This document shows positions 25,952 through 39,600 of a stretch of DNA of 64,000 bases, one piece after another. The stretch is taken from contig CM082596.2 of NCBI GenBank assembly GCA_040954595.2, positions 2,536,999-2,600,998 of the forward strand. The letters run 5' to 3'. Position 1 is the first letter of the stretch; every line of letters begins with the position of its first letter. The position numbers and the translations under genes are program-made. Under the pieces are notes generated by a model, which did no database searches, was not told the DNA's origin, and saw nothing but the letters and a program-made list of their open reading frames with translations. Source of the DNA: Balanoglossus misakiensis. Taxonomy: Eukaryota > Animalia > Hemichordata.

Positions 25952-26964
25952 AATCGCTCATATCACCAGAGAAGAGTAGAAAGGAAAGGTATGTATGGAC
26001 GATCATCCTGAACCTTGCGATTAATCGTTATGTTTGTGTACGAACAAGGGAACCCGGGGGCGAAATTTGAGGGAACCGTGGCTCGAAGTTTTCACGTGTC
26101 TACCGCTGGGGTTGCTGCAGTTTTTTTAGCATCACAACTCCCCTTGACGATTTTTGTTGTAAACACAAAAATAGTCAGGGGGAGTTGTGGGGCTACAAAA
26201 CTGCAGCAACCGCTGGGGTAGGCTTGATGTCCAAGATTCAGCCCAATACCAGGGGTTTTGTTTGCCATTTTTGGGATTGGCTGTTACACCCCCCGGTTGC
26301 CATTAGTGCAACCACTCAAGTTCACGTGGTGTCAACACGTGAAACTGCACTGGTCAATGACCTTCTCCATATTGCGCAAATGGAATGTACTGAATATCGA
26401 TTTTTTCCATAGTGTAGTTGAAGAAACAGAGTGGTTGTATAATTTATTGTCTGAGTCAGTTGATAAGAAACACACATTGTATAAATTGTTGCAAGTCTCA
26501 CAAAGACAATTTGACTGGAGGAAAGTGAATGGGTTGTAATTCTAAGGGTGTCATCTTTTGTGTAGTCCCTTTTGTACATTTCTAATTCAGTTTGCAAATT
26601 TGCAAAATTAAATGTGTTTTAAAAACCACCCATAATATGAAACTGGAACTAGTCTTGTGTCAAAAGCACCAGACTGTCATGTGTCCATAACATCATTTCC
26701 TCATTTGGCAATGTGATGTTGATCGCTTCAACACACTTCTGTCATGCAATTTCTGCCCTGGAGTACTTCCTTGTTTCACTTTTGCACATGATTTGAGGGA
26801 TTTCCAATGATCATTGATTGATACAATGCAAGTGTAATTGGCAGATGCGTCAGTTGTACTAGCTGGGCAAGTAAAAGAAGCAGGATAAAACAAGTGCATA
26901 TTTTTGTCTTTTGATTTCAGGAAAGTTTACTTGGCTTCTGGATATATCAAGTTATTAGAGGAAA

Positions 26965-27981
26965 ATGGATGTGGTGACAGCAAAAGTAATAGCACTGTTT
27001 GTGTTGTTGATAGAAGTTCTAATATTTGGTTTTATACCTCTGGCATTTGTTAATGCTGTGAAGTCCCAGGATCAGTTTAGTTTGACCAGACGGATCATCA
27101 GCTGGCTGAGTTGTTTTGCCGGAGGCGTCTTCTTTGCCACCAGTATGCTCCACATGCTTCCTGAAGTCCGGGAATTGATCGAGCACGGCCTGGAAGGGAT
27201 GGGAATCCATTCCCACTTTGCCCTGGCGGAGTTTGTGACTGCTATTGGCTTTTTCGTGATCCTGGTCACTGAGACTCTGGCGATGTTTTGCCACAAGCAA
27301 AGCGAAACGCCGGCTCCGGCAAAGTCGGGTGGAAATCATCGGATAGAGGATGCTGCCACCTATGGCGCTGCTTCAGAGCGTGTCTCACTTTTTGAGGAAG
27401 CAGAAGGGAATCCAAAGGATGCAGCGGAAGGAGACTCGCCATCGCCCGGTCAATCGCAGGAATGCGACTTGGTGGTAGAAGAGACCAATGAGCATGTACA
27501 CTTTGACACTGGCGGTTCAGCCCTCCGATCGATCATGTTCCTGCTGGCACTCTCCCTCCACTCTGTCTTCGAGGGAATGGCTGTGGGACTGCAGCGCGAC
27601 GTTGGCGGCACCTTCGAGCTGTTCCTGGCCATCGCTCTCCACAAAGGAATCGTGGCCTTCAGCTTTTCCCTGAACCTCATCCAGAGCAACCTCAGCAAAG
27701 CTGGAATGATCGGCTCCGTCATCACCTTTGCCATCATGTCACCCATTGGCGTAGCCATCGGTATTCTCGTCAGCTCCACCACGGCCACCGGCCCGGAAGC
27801 GGAATTCGCCAACGGAATGCTGCAGGGCCTGGCTACTGGCACCTTCCTCTATGTAACATTCTTTGAAATTCTTCCGCACGAACTGAATGTGAAACGGGAC
27901 GAACTTCTCAAAGTTTTATTCATAATTTTCGGCTTTGGCTTGATGACGGTTATTGACATAGCGGTGCCACACAGCCATTGA
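26965..27981 (+). CDS. ZIP (SLC39) subfamily II zinc transporter, ZIP1/ZIP2/ZIP3-like, 338 aa, intronless CDS
   Basis: CFAGGVFFATSMLHMLPE; TM4 LALSLHSVFEGMAVG; TM5 AIALHKG; MSPIG; LQGLATGTFLYVTFFEIL. About 8 hydrophobic segments with a variable cytosolic loop. Confidence 0.95.
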   Translation: MDVVTAKVIALFVLLIEVLIFGFIPLAFVNAVKSQDQFSLTRRIISWLSCFAGGVFFATSMLHMLPEVRELIEHGLEGMGIHSHFALAEFVTAIGFFVILVTETLAMFCHKQSETPAPAKSGGNHRIEDAATYGAASERVSLFEEAEGNPKDAAEGDSPSPGQSQECDLVVEETNEHVHFDTGGSALRSIMFLLALSLHSVFEGMAVGLQRDVGGTFELFLAIALHKGIVAFSFSLNLIQSNLSKAGMIGSVITFAIMSPIGVAIGILVSSTTATGPEAEFANGMLQGLATGTFLYVTFFEILPHELNVKRDELLKVLFIIFGFGLMTVIDIAVPHSH

Positions 27982-28495
27982 AAGTCAAGTTCAAAGTCAT
28001 TTCATTGCCAGTGACTAAGAAAGTCAACCAAGGTCAAAGTCATCAGATTATCCCAGTACCGTGCTATTTACAAGAAGAAATTTGTTTTTCACAAACCTTG
28101 GCAGAAAACATCTATTTTATACATCATGATTCTGAGAAACACTTGTTTAGCTTGATATATGGTCAATTTTATAATTGAAAATCTTCAATAAGTAATAAAA
28201 ACAGTTTCAATTCTCAGTAAGCTTTTACCAAATTAACTTTTTGTATGACTAAATGTTTCTTTTATAAAATCTTTTATACATAACTGCCTTGAAGAATTTT
28301 TTTAGACAAATATTTTAGGAATCTTAGATAAATTTAGTGAGTGAATGTATTGTGAGAAAACAGCTTGCCTTTACAGGATTTATAAATAACGATTTGGACT
28401 TTTGAAGTTTTTTTAGCTTTTACTGAATAAATATACTTTGAAACAATAAAAAGTGCATGTAATCATTTTGGATCATGTTTTCATGTATGGGTGAC

Positions 28496-30486
28496 TCAGT
28501 CATCTAACACACTATCTAACCAGTCTTCCAATTCATCTGCTGTTGGTTCATTGATTGTCTTCTCTGGTACTTTGCCTTGCGTTGATTCTGCAGAGAGATC
28601 AAACCACAGAAACACATATTCACAGTCCCAAACACTGCATTTGAAATATAAAGTTTATCATGAGAATCAAAAATATGCATTTTTGCTTGGCTTTATAAGT
28701 ACCTGTATTATCCTGACCTTTTGTTTCTGTTGAAATCTGTTGTTCTTGGTCTTCAGGGGGAGATGGCTGTACATCTGAAAAAAATAAATCAGTATTCCCA
28801 ACATTTGTAATCAAGATGGCTTCCTTTATCTTTCAGTGATAGCACAGGTGCATTTTCCTCACATTTATCTCTACTTTCTATGGTATCTTTGGTTGGCTTT
28901 GCACAGGTGCCTAAGCCTTTAGTAACCAGTGACAAAACATGTACTGATCTTGTCGAGGCAGTCTTGCATGTTTACCTGTTTGTTGGCTGGACGATTGCAC
29001 TGACTGTGGCGTATCCAATGACAACAAGAATTCAAGTTCATCTTCGTCAGATTCCACATCTTTAGTTGCAATTTCTTTCACATGCACAGCTGCATCAGAC
29101 TTGACTGCCCCACTGATCTCCGCTTTCAACTGTTCTTTCTGTCTCTCATCGAGTTCGGCACTTTTAGGCATTGTCGGCAATTTTTCAGAGTCCTTTCTAA
29201 AACTGTATGTAACGTCTCTTAATTGATCTCTCTGAGGCACACTTTCTTTTATTTTTTCACTGATTTCTCTGGTTGTGGAGGCGGGTAGCTGTGGTGGACT
29301 GGTCTTGGATGCAGGCAACTCGCCCTGAAGCGTGGTTTGGTCAAATTTTGGCTCCTCTTCAACAAGTTGATTGCCCACCTGTAGAAAGTTTGCCACAAAT
29401 GAACTTGAGTAACACCCAATGTCACTATATGCAGATGATAGAAATGAAGTTTCAAGTCAATTTTGTCACTTGATGAGTGACACACACACAGGCACTGCTC
29501 TACATACCTGGAATATCTCTGGTTCGATCTGAAGTCTAGTGTGCATGGGAAGTTGCATCAGTGCCACGCTGAGTGCATTGATGTCAATAGACATCACATC
29601 ACCAGTCAACTGTCAAACAGAAATGTAATATCAGTCGATCATCTCAGAACATGGGTCAATACTTTCAACCACAGTTGTGTCTATCAGGAAACTTTGCTAG
29701 GAACTCTCCACCAAGTTATCAAAGTCGTGTCTTACCTGAAACCTTTCTGTGTCTTCCTCCCAGTCTTTCTCGTCATGGAGGCGGAACTGAGAAGATGCTG
29801 CTCCTGTAGAAGAGAAGTGAACAAGTGTTGGAAAATAGAAATATGCAGAATACTATATGAACACTAATTCCACCATTCAGATAACTTACCTGCTTGAATC
29901 AGTAAGGTATTGAAATCTGCTCCTCTAACTTCTGGCTTGTCTTCATCATCTGGCAGTTCCTGGTATCTATCCCAATTGCTTTCTACTTTCCTCCTGGAAA
30001 AGGCCTGGGAAATCAATGAATTCATCCAAATTGATTTTGCTTCTTAAATAATTTTAATAACAGTACAGACAGACAGACAGACAGACAGACAGAAAGAATA
30101 CTTATAATGTACATGTACTATTATGGTGATCAGATCGACATTATTGGTCACGTGAGGGCGCACTGTTTACGTTTTTGCCACTGCACTTTCATTGTCAAAA
30201 TCACTGAAAATCCACCTTCCAGGAAAGCCAGATTGCAGCTTTTTCAGTTTTCTACAATAGAAAATATACGTACAGAGTGTGTTGTGGTTTCTGCGTTGTC
30301 TTTGCTTGAGTTAAAACCAGGCTTTGCATTCTCTACTTTCAATGCCTGCTCATGACTTCCCACCAATCTCGGTTGGCTGGTGTCTTTCCTGCTTATTTCA
30401 CGATGGTCACTCTTTGCTGTTGACCTTTTCCCATCTCCACCCTTGTGTGGACGATGGTGCGATTTCTTGTGTCGATCTTTCCTCAT
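28496..30486 (-). CDS. AVEN: Cell death regulator Aven (~349 aa)
   Basis: Exons 30486-30274, 30004-29890, 29803-29736, 29609-29508, 29378-28976, 28774-28718, 28587-28496 (1050 nt, in frame). Motifs: FSRRKVESNWDRY, RGADFNTLL..AG..SQFRL..EKDWE, ALMQLPMHTRL, DELEFLLSL, C-terminal ELEDWLDSVL. A 48-nt exon 28910-28863 and an alternative donor at 28703 are possible. Confidence 0.9.
30067..30092. repeat. (AGAC)n microsatellite
   Basis: agacagacagacagacagacagacag in AVEN intron 1. Confidence 0.9.
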
Positions 30487-30642
30487 TTTCCCTTGCACAT
30501 TGCAGCGTAAATCTGTCAAAAGTCTGCAACAGTAATGGACGATGGAAGGTGGTATAATAATGAGTAAACTGGGGGTCCTCACTCACTTGTTTTGTATGTT
30601 GCTAGGGGGTACTTTTATCCCGAGGATTCAAGATGGCGACCG
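30487..30642. promoter_or_regulatory. Bidirectional promoter AVEN / UBR
   Basis: Divergent ATGs at 30486 (minus) and 30633 (plus), 146 bp apart. The UBR ATG sits in a YY1/Kozak-like CAAGATGGCG. Confidence 0.7.
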
Positions 30643-33600
30643 ATGACGAAGAAAAGCTGTGCAGGTTGCAAGAAAACAATTCTCGCAAATTAGCACAGGT
30701 AAATTTTGTCGATTTTGCTAGTAGATATTTGTCATAAAGTCACCCCTTGCAGTGTGGTACACGAGACATGATCTTGCAGGCTCTGATTCCCCCGCGATCA
30801 TGTATCATGTATGTTGCAAAAATTTAACCGGCTGGGGAAACATAAACACTGCCGCATATCATCTATGCTGTGGTAGGATTCACTGTGGTTTCTTTTAACC
30901 TAAACCTTCAAGAGCAGGCACGGACCATGGACATGGTACGTTGATGCATGGACGAACATTAGCCTGTGAAATACGTAGTACAACCTAGTCACTCTTTTTC
31001 GGAGTATCGAGCTCGAGCGAGCGACCTGGGTTGACCGCAGGCTCAAGATCAGCAGAGGCCGAGTCGCGTGCACAGTGGCAGGCTAGGGAATCAACACAAG
31101 CACACACGCTGTCTCCATACTGGCAGCATTCCAACATGACATCACACCAGAAGCTCCTTGTCAAAGTTTTTTCCCGTAATGGTGAATGTTGTCACAGTCT
31201 GTGAATTACAAAAAAAATGCCCCACCCCCCACCCCTACCCCTTGAATTTAGACTGCACTTTTTAGCAGAAGCTTTGAGAATAAAAAATGTGGCTGGGAAC
31301 TCCTTCCAGAAGTGCTCAAGACAAGTACATTTAAACCAGTTACAACAAGAGGCATACTCATGTTGAAGTGTTGGACTGAATCCTATATGTACAAAAATAG
31401 AAATGATTTTACAGTAAATGACATCAGCCCTTGTTATGCTTTTATTTTCACTTTCATTAACTTTGTTCATTCAGTTCATATAAAGCTATGTCACACAATA
31501 CATATAATTCAAAAGGTGGGCAGATTGGAATGTGAATTAGACTCATCTATCGGGAGAGAAGTGTCACCCTTTGAGTAGATAGGGAATACAAAGAAAAGGG
31601 CAGATGCCAAGGTCAGTTGTGATACAATGGAGAGGAAGTCGAGATACTGACATCCCACAATTGATGTGTTCGAGTGAAATATACTCCAATGCCATAAAGG
31701 TGAAGGTTATTGAGTGTCTTTGTCGTCGGTTCTCCGCATGATTTGTCAGTCTTGTCTGCATAAATTATGAAAGAAACAATTCCGACATAATCAAGTGGGT
31801 CTTCCAATCATCAATAGATAAAAATTGGCACAGAATCTCAAGCAAATGCAGCAGTTGTTATGTGTGATGATGCAACAGGTGCAACTTTTTATGTTCATAT
31901 CAATGTATCAGGTGACAGCTATCAAAGGTCAACTCAGGTCACAAGGTCATGACATCAATGTTGAACCAATGGCACATAAGTATCGCTACAACAACAACCC
32001 TCCCCTAAATCACTGAGACAGATAATTTCAAAAAAGATTATAATAAACTAAGGGAGTGCCTCTTTGTAGATTTCAACACCATGTAAAATCTAACAATCAT
32101 CCAAAATTATTTTCGATCTGAAAGTGTGTAAAATTGCGGTATGAAGGAACTGGAAATTGTGAATGGTTGTATAATATAAATCTTAGATATTCAAAAGAGG
32201 AGCAAGTAATGCAGTGGTTCGCAGAGAATTTCAAAAATTCATCAGTAGCAGGGTGTGTTTTATTTCAAATGTAGAGTACATTCCAGTCGTTGATATTTCA
32301 CTTGAAGTAAAAAGTTACATCATGCAGTGAGTGGTTTCATGACCTTAATAAAACCGGGAGATTTTAAATGAAATATTTTGAGCAGAAGTAAATGCTTAAT
32401 TTTTCTAAAGTGAATCGTACGCCAAAGGGTGTGGATATCTAAACTGTCTGCTACCATATTACTCCCATAAAAGTTACAGCAGCATTGGGCGCTGCATTCT
32501 CAGTGATCTTTTGTTTGACCTTTAAGTGAACATACCAAAGTCATATTATCACTGACATGCGTTTATTTAATTATATGTATCAGGTCACTTGATATGTAGG
32601 TCACCATTCGCGAGATAACATTGGCCAGATTAAACATGTCTCTTAGGTTATTTGACAGAGTTCGCTTGATGTGTATAGCGTCTGAGTCAGGGTGGTTTAT
32701 TTAAAGAACTAATTCTCAAGTCAGATAATGAGTTGAATTGAGTTTGACTTCTCCAAAATTTTCATTCCAGCAATGGCAGCAATGCAGCGATGTGAAGGAA
32801 CTACAGGCAACTTTATTCAAATACTGGTCATGTCACGTACCCAACATTTACACCATAGAAGATGAATCGGATGTACAGCCACGAGACAGTATGGGCAGAG
32901 ACCTGATCTTTTCACCGTTGGAGTGGTACATCTGCGGAGGTTCTGATCCCAAAGCTGTCTTTCAGAAACTCAAGCAGGAAGATGACCCACCCAAGTTGTG
33001 TGGCAGAGTTTTTAAAATGGGCGAACCAACCTACTCCTGCCGGTAATTTTTTGATACAATATAATGTCAAAAATTTTAGTTACTGTGCAGTTTTTTTAGC
33101 CATAACTTAGAGAGCTTTGGAGTCAATCCTTTATTTGTCATTATGTTATTGGTGCAATGATAAAACTCTAAAATGGTTTTGAACTTTTTGTTGCAGGGAC
33201 TGTGCTGTAGATCCAACCTGTGTGTTCTGCATTGACTGTTTTGAGAAAAGCGCTCATCGGACCCATCGATATAGGGTAGGACTCCAACAAAGGTGTATTT
33301 TCAAGTCAGACAACCAGATGTTGAAAAGAAAAAAAGTCAGAATTCCCAGTCTGATTCCACACCTCATTTGATATGATTACATCTGGCATTTTATACTCCT
33401 GAGTCCTGATAAAAAAGTTGCCTGAAATCTTGCCGGTATGTTGTTTATATCTGTAGATGAGTACATCAGGAGGTGGTGGATTCTGTGATTGCGGTGACAT
33501 TGAGGCCTGGAAGCAACATCCTTCTTGTGAAATACATACTGTAGCACCCCAGGAATCAACACAGGTATTGAACTTTGACCATCATTTCTTTGTATTTTAA

Positions 33601-36600
33601 TCATATTATTCGTTTAGTTTGAATACAGTTCGGAATAGAAAGATAAATGGGACTTTCACTTCTCTAAATATCTGTTTCCTCAAAGTGTATTCAACCATGT
33701 GCCTGTCAGTGCCGCATTGAAATTAATTGTGTCAGATTGCTTGACAGTATTGGATATCACTGTGTACTTTTTAATAGGAATTAAGATAAATAATGCATAT
33801 TCAATTTATTAACACAGTGTCCATCGGAGAGATTACCTGTGGATTTGAAAAAGAGAACTGAGTGGCTGTTTAATATTGCGTTGAATTATGCGTATGATCT
33901 GTTGGCATGGGAACAGTGTGACACCCTGCCACATGGTCTGCAACCAAGGTATGTGTAAACATTTAGTTCTGTGATAAATAGCACATGCTGCTTCGTACAG
34001 CTTGTAGAAAAAATCTCTCTGTTATACCAACCATTCCATAAAAGTAACACATCAAATATCACTTTCAGTACACTGGAAGACTCCTACTGTACCATGCTGT
34101 TCAACGATGAAGTCCACACCTATGACCAGGTATGTAGACTTTCAATCCATCAGCTTGTATTATCACGATGAAGAGACCTATAGTATACATTTCACTGAAT
34201 TAAGATATGAACTATATTTGAAGCCTGACAGAATCTGTTGATATTTTTGTTGTCAAGGTGATCGAGACTCTGAAGAAGGCTGTGGATTGCAGTCATAAGG
34301 AGGCTGTGGACTTTGCTACTATTGTTGACAGGGAGGTAAGTGAGACGTACTTTACCTTTTGTTATCTGGGAAGCAAGTGTGTATAACTATGACTGTACCC
34401 AAAACCAATGAGTAACAACGAAATATGCCTTCTCAAAAATATACATGAATGTTCAAATATACTGGTAAGTGGGACTGCATTGGGAGATGTCAGGCCTCAC
34501 CACTTTTTCTCTGAAACCTGTCACAGGGTCGCAGCAGTGTATGCAACGGAAACTTCCGTCTCTGCGAACAAGCCCGCAGTATCATCCAACGTAGCACGTC
34601 GCGCCATGGCAACAAGGCTCTGAAAACCCATGTCATGCACACAGCAGTGGTGGCGCACCATTCTTTTGCGATGAAACTTCTGTCTTGGCTGACCGAGATT
34701 ATCTCCAACTCAGGTACGTGTCCGCTTGAATGTCGAGTGAAAAAAAACGATGTGTGAAAGACAAATGCAAAATATTTCTGAAGTATGAAACAAGTATACA
34801 TACAAGAAAGAATCTCTGTGACACCACAGAAAAACAATATCAGTTTTAACTTTTGCTTTGCATGTTTTTCAGATGGTCTGCGTCAGTTACTGTGTGTGGA
34901 AAGTAATAAGGCATTTCAGGACACGGACCAGGCTCTGGTTGAACACGTCATCCTGACAGATACAAAACTGTGGAAAGGTTTGTATTGTGTGGACATTAAT
35001 ACCGTACTTCTTATTCTATTTGATCCAGCGGGGACTTTGTCATTTACAAAGACTTGTTTTACATATATGAACTTGTAAATGGAGCTGTACTGTTTGCATT
35101 TCATTGTCAAATAACGATGATTAATTTTTTTCTGTCTCTCTCAGTGGCTCGCTCTCACTGGCATCAGCTGGTCATGAGCAGTCTCCTTATCGACCAGGAA
35201 TTCAAGAAGCAGTTTGCCATCATGTACACCAAGGTGAGGATTTTACCCTGTTTTCTGATAAACACTGGTTCATCAACAGTTCTTACAACCTGGAGAGACA
35301 AAATAATTTGTGTATTTCTCTTGTTTGATACAGAATTATTACAATCTTCAACGAGACTTCATGTTGGACGACCACGATCATGCTGTGTCCATAACATCGC
35401 TTTCTGTGCAAATGTTCACGGTGCCAACACTGGTATGTCAAACTTTCATTATTCGTAATATTAGGGTCATGATCATAGTTATGATGTTGATAGTTTGCTG
35501 TTAAAGAGAAATCTGGAATAATCATGGTTTCATGAGAAAATGGTTTCATGAGAAAATTATTATCTTGCTATAAAGTGAACTTTTTTCAATTTCAGTCTCG
35601 AATGCTGATAATGGAGTGTGACTTACTGTCCATGGTTCTCAACACCTTCATTAGATTCTGTATTCCAAACGGGGTTAGAATACGTAAGTGTTTACTAAAT
35701 TTGTTATCTCCTGGAAGAATGGCATTTTTGATTTGAAAAAACTTCTGAAAAACCACTGGAAACTTTGAGTTTACAAGCCCTTTCCCTGCCAATTTAACCA
35801 CTACTTATCTCTCTTTCTCTCACTTTCTTACAGCTGACACTAAATTGACCTTGGATAAGAATCTACTGCAGCAGAATTTCAGACGAATTCAGTTTGCTCT
35901 GCTAGATCTCAGGTATATATTATCCTCCAAACCAGATGAGTGGGAGCCTAAGTTGAAAGAGAAATTCTTGAAAGGTCTTGAAGTGTTCTTGGAATTGTTA
36001 TCTGCAATCCAGGTAAGGCCAAGTACCCACAAATCAAATGTTTTCATTGACGTATAAATGTACAGGAACTACACTGTACTTGCCGGAGCAAAATTAAAGT
36101 CTGTGGTATGGAGCATTATTGTCCGATTAACCAATGCATTTCTGATAAATTTTATATTCTCCACAGGGAATGGATACTGTTACAAGACAAGTGGCTCTGC
36201 ACATCGAGGTGGAACCGGAATGGGAGACAGCATTCAACGTGCAGATCAAACTTGGTTCCTGCATCTCTCTGTTCTTGGAGTGGTGTGCTTCAGATGTAAG
36301 TGCAAAATCAGCCCATCCCTCAACATGTTTCATCACTGGGTTGGAGCGCCCTCAACAGTTCTATTGCCATGTGTGTGTCTGCAATTGAGGGAAAACAATT
36401 CACCAATTCTCCTCTCATCACTAAAGTCAGTAAATTAATTCAGCTATTGTCCTTGCAGACACTGTTGTTTGCAAAGCAAAACGCAAACTTTTGATGACTT
36501 ACTCTTATTGTTGTTTTTCCCATTGACAGAGATCTGTTCTGGTTGAGGCGTACAGACTAACGATGAAGACGCTGAGATCAATAACAGGCACATCCAAAAT

Positions 36601-39600
36601 GATCAAAAGGAAACGTAAGAAACTGTTGTGCAGTGTTTTTGTGGCACCAGTCATTCATCACCATGCATGGGACAGCTCATTCTCTCCGGGATTGATAACA
36701 TTTTTCTGTGAATCACTGAATTCCATGAGCAGAATGTTCCCTGATTTGATTGGACATATTTTGTCATGTCTTTTTTTCAGTTGCTGGACATGAATGCAGC
36801 TGTATCATGTACGATGTTGCCACACAGCCTGTCACTGTACACTCTCCATTGTCAAGATTTCTGGCAGGTGAGTGCAAGCCATCTCAGAAACTGAAAATAA
36901 CACGCCAGAATAAATCTGCTGATGATCAAGCTGAGAATACTTGCAAAGAATACAGCATGCATTGCTCAAATTGTAACATGCTTGCAATTGATTCCCCCCC
37001 CCCCCCTTCTGCTTGTGTGTTAGTTGAGGGAACAATTGAAAACAATATTTTCTCTCTTTGCAGGTCTGCATGTTTGTCTACAAAAATACAGGGTTTCGTA
37101 TTTCTCAGAGGGATTCCTACCAAGCGTAAGTTGTTTTGCAAAATGATATATTTGTCCTGGAGTTTGTTTCTTTAAAAATGTGGTTAAAACTTTGGCGACT
37201 GACAGTAGACAATACCATTTACTTATTTGTTTGTTTCCTTGTGTCTTTTCCCTATACAGGTGCCATTGTCCCCAGCTGAGATGGTTGAAGAAGCATTGCA
37301 TACACAAGTTATGATCAGTCAGGTACAGGCTGGTATGTGGAGAAGAAATGGGTACTCTCTCTTGAACCAGGTAATGTCTGTGTTTGTGTATATCTGTCTG
37401 TCTGAGTTTTCAAATTCACAACTTGATAACAGCTGTAAGATGGGCGCATGAATTCGTTGCGATTGTAATCAGATGTAGTTACCCCATTTGAATGTCTATG
37501 GTCACTTCAGGATAAAAACAAAAATGCCCGTTGTCTATAACGGTGAACCAGTCCTGAGTGTTTCATAATGTTAGTTAATTGAACTGTCAAATGTGCTGTA
37601 CCTATTTAGGTCAGCCGCCCTCGTGAAATCTACTTGTAATCCTGTTGAGTTCGCAGGCAGATTAGGTTCAGTTGACATCACCTGATGTAGCCATCAGCTG
37701 TAATTTTCTGTCTGTCTTCAGTTTCCAACCAAAGTCCCTATTCACTGAAGTCCCTTCACATCTGTGATGAACTGCAGCGCCCTCTGTTGATGTCAGACAC
37801 CCTGTCTGAGATTGTGTGGTTTTTGCTGCAGGCATCAGTGACAAATCTCGTGTAAATGCCGCCAAGATCGTGATTAGCATAATGACTCGCTTTTCTAATA
37901 GAGCAATGCCCCCCTTACTAGATTATCTGACATTAATAGCACCTGCATGTGTCCACATTTACATGTAAATAACCGTGATATTCTGAACCACACGAAGTAG
38001 ATCACAATTTCTACACTTCGCGATGCCACACTGATCCACTCTTTGCAAACTAAACTCACTCACTAAATCACAAGTGGACCCATCTCTTTTGACAAGAAGT
38101 GATCTGCACTCAGTCACGCACAATCCCACATGGGTGCAACACAGTGATACAGGTATAATATATTACTTTAATTGGACACTAACCCACGCAGGTACATCGC
38201 GCCAATAAATTTCAGTTTTTCCTCGGTGGGTGTGTAACAATTGGATTTTGAATGCAAATGCATGGGATGGATACATCAGGCGTGTGGCGTGTACCGTGGC
38301 TTTGCGTTAAAAGTGAATTCATCTCGGTGTGAATATGAGATTCATTGCCAGCTATTCTCAGGAGCCCAGCTGAGGGCTGTCACAACAAAGCAGTGATTTC
38401 CTTGTTAGAGAGTGTGGGCTGGCTTCCTTGTGGTGGATTGCAATTCGCTTGGTCCACTGTGAAAAAGACTGACTATATCACAACAGAATAATAGGTTTCT
38501 ATCAGAAGTGTAGGAGTTGTAGGATTGTATGCAACTGGCTTAAGTCTCTGCCGTAAATCAGGCGTACTGAACTGGCCAAAGCAAGTGAAATATGAAAGAC
38601 TGTCATCCCCGATTTGTGGCAAGCTTTCAAAATGCCACTGAATTATTGTCATGTGCATGTGTCGATTTATTGATGGGCGGGCATCCAGTAGAGAATTCAG
38701 AATGAAGAATGTCTTGTAGTATCGATTTCGAGTGAGACATCAAGTAGAGTAATCACAGAGAAAAAGACACAACTTCTTTGATAATTCACCGGATGCACAG
38801 GTTGGCTCGACTTCTGTAATTCCCAGAGCTCTTGCAGCGTACTTTTGTTCCTTTTCCTGGGTCATTCCCATCACCGAGTATTAAAAACACACTTCAGTTG
38901 GCTGTAAACAGCGTTGAAAAATTGATGTTTTCACACCTGAAATGCGCTAAATTTGGATTCTGGATTGTGCAAGCTGTCAACATGAGTGATAAAATATCCA
39001 ATGGACTGTGACTAATTTGCCCATGACAAACATCACAGTGATTTGAAGTACTATAAATTTGACGATAGCTGTAATAATAACGTGGTAAAGGTTGTTGCAT
39101 TAATACTTGAACTGGTATAACGAGAATAGAAGTTAACTGTCGGTTGTCAAATAACAATTTAATTGGAAGTGGATTAGTCTGCATTTATCTATATTTCTGT
39201 GGATCGAGGAGATAACTATTTTGTGTAATGTACTAGTACTCTGTCAGTTTGAATTTAGTGGAATAGATTTTCAAGAACTTGAGACACAGCAGGGATCTTT
39301 GTTCTCAAAGTTTCTGGTTTTAATAATTTTAAGTGTGGAGAACTCTGAAAAGAGTATTTTTTCAGTTTTCTCGAGGAAAGTAGGGGCAAATGCCAGAGAC
39401 TTTATTCCTCTAAGTGAGTGCACACAAAGTTCAGTCATGACTTAATTACATCGGATGTGTTGTCCCAGGAGTGGGACTTTGTTTACCGTTAGAGTGCGGA
39501 AAAAAAATCCAGAGAAATTTGCATTTAAATATGCTGAGCCTAATTCGATTCGTAGGGACAAGAAACACCTTCCTGTGGTGCACAGCTTGATGTCAGAATT

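Noticed and set aside
37764-37810. Box C (GTGATGA) ... box D (CTGA) as an intronic snoRNA
   Set aside because: Only ~46 nt, weak terminal stem and no identifiable antisense element.
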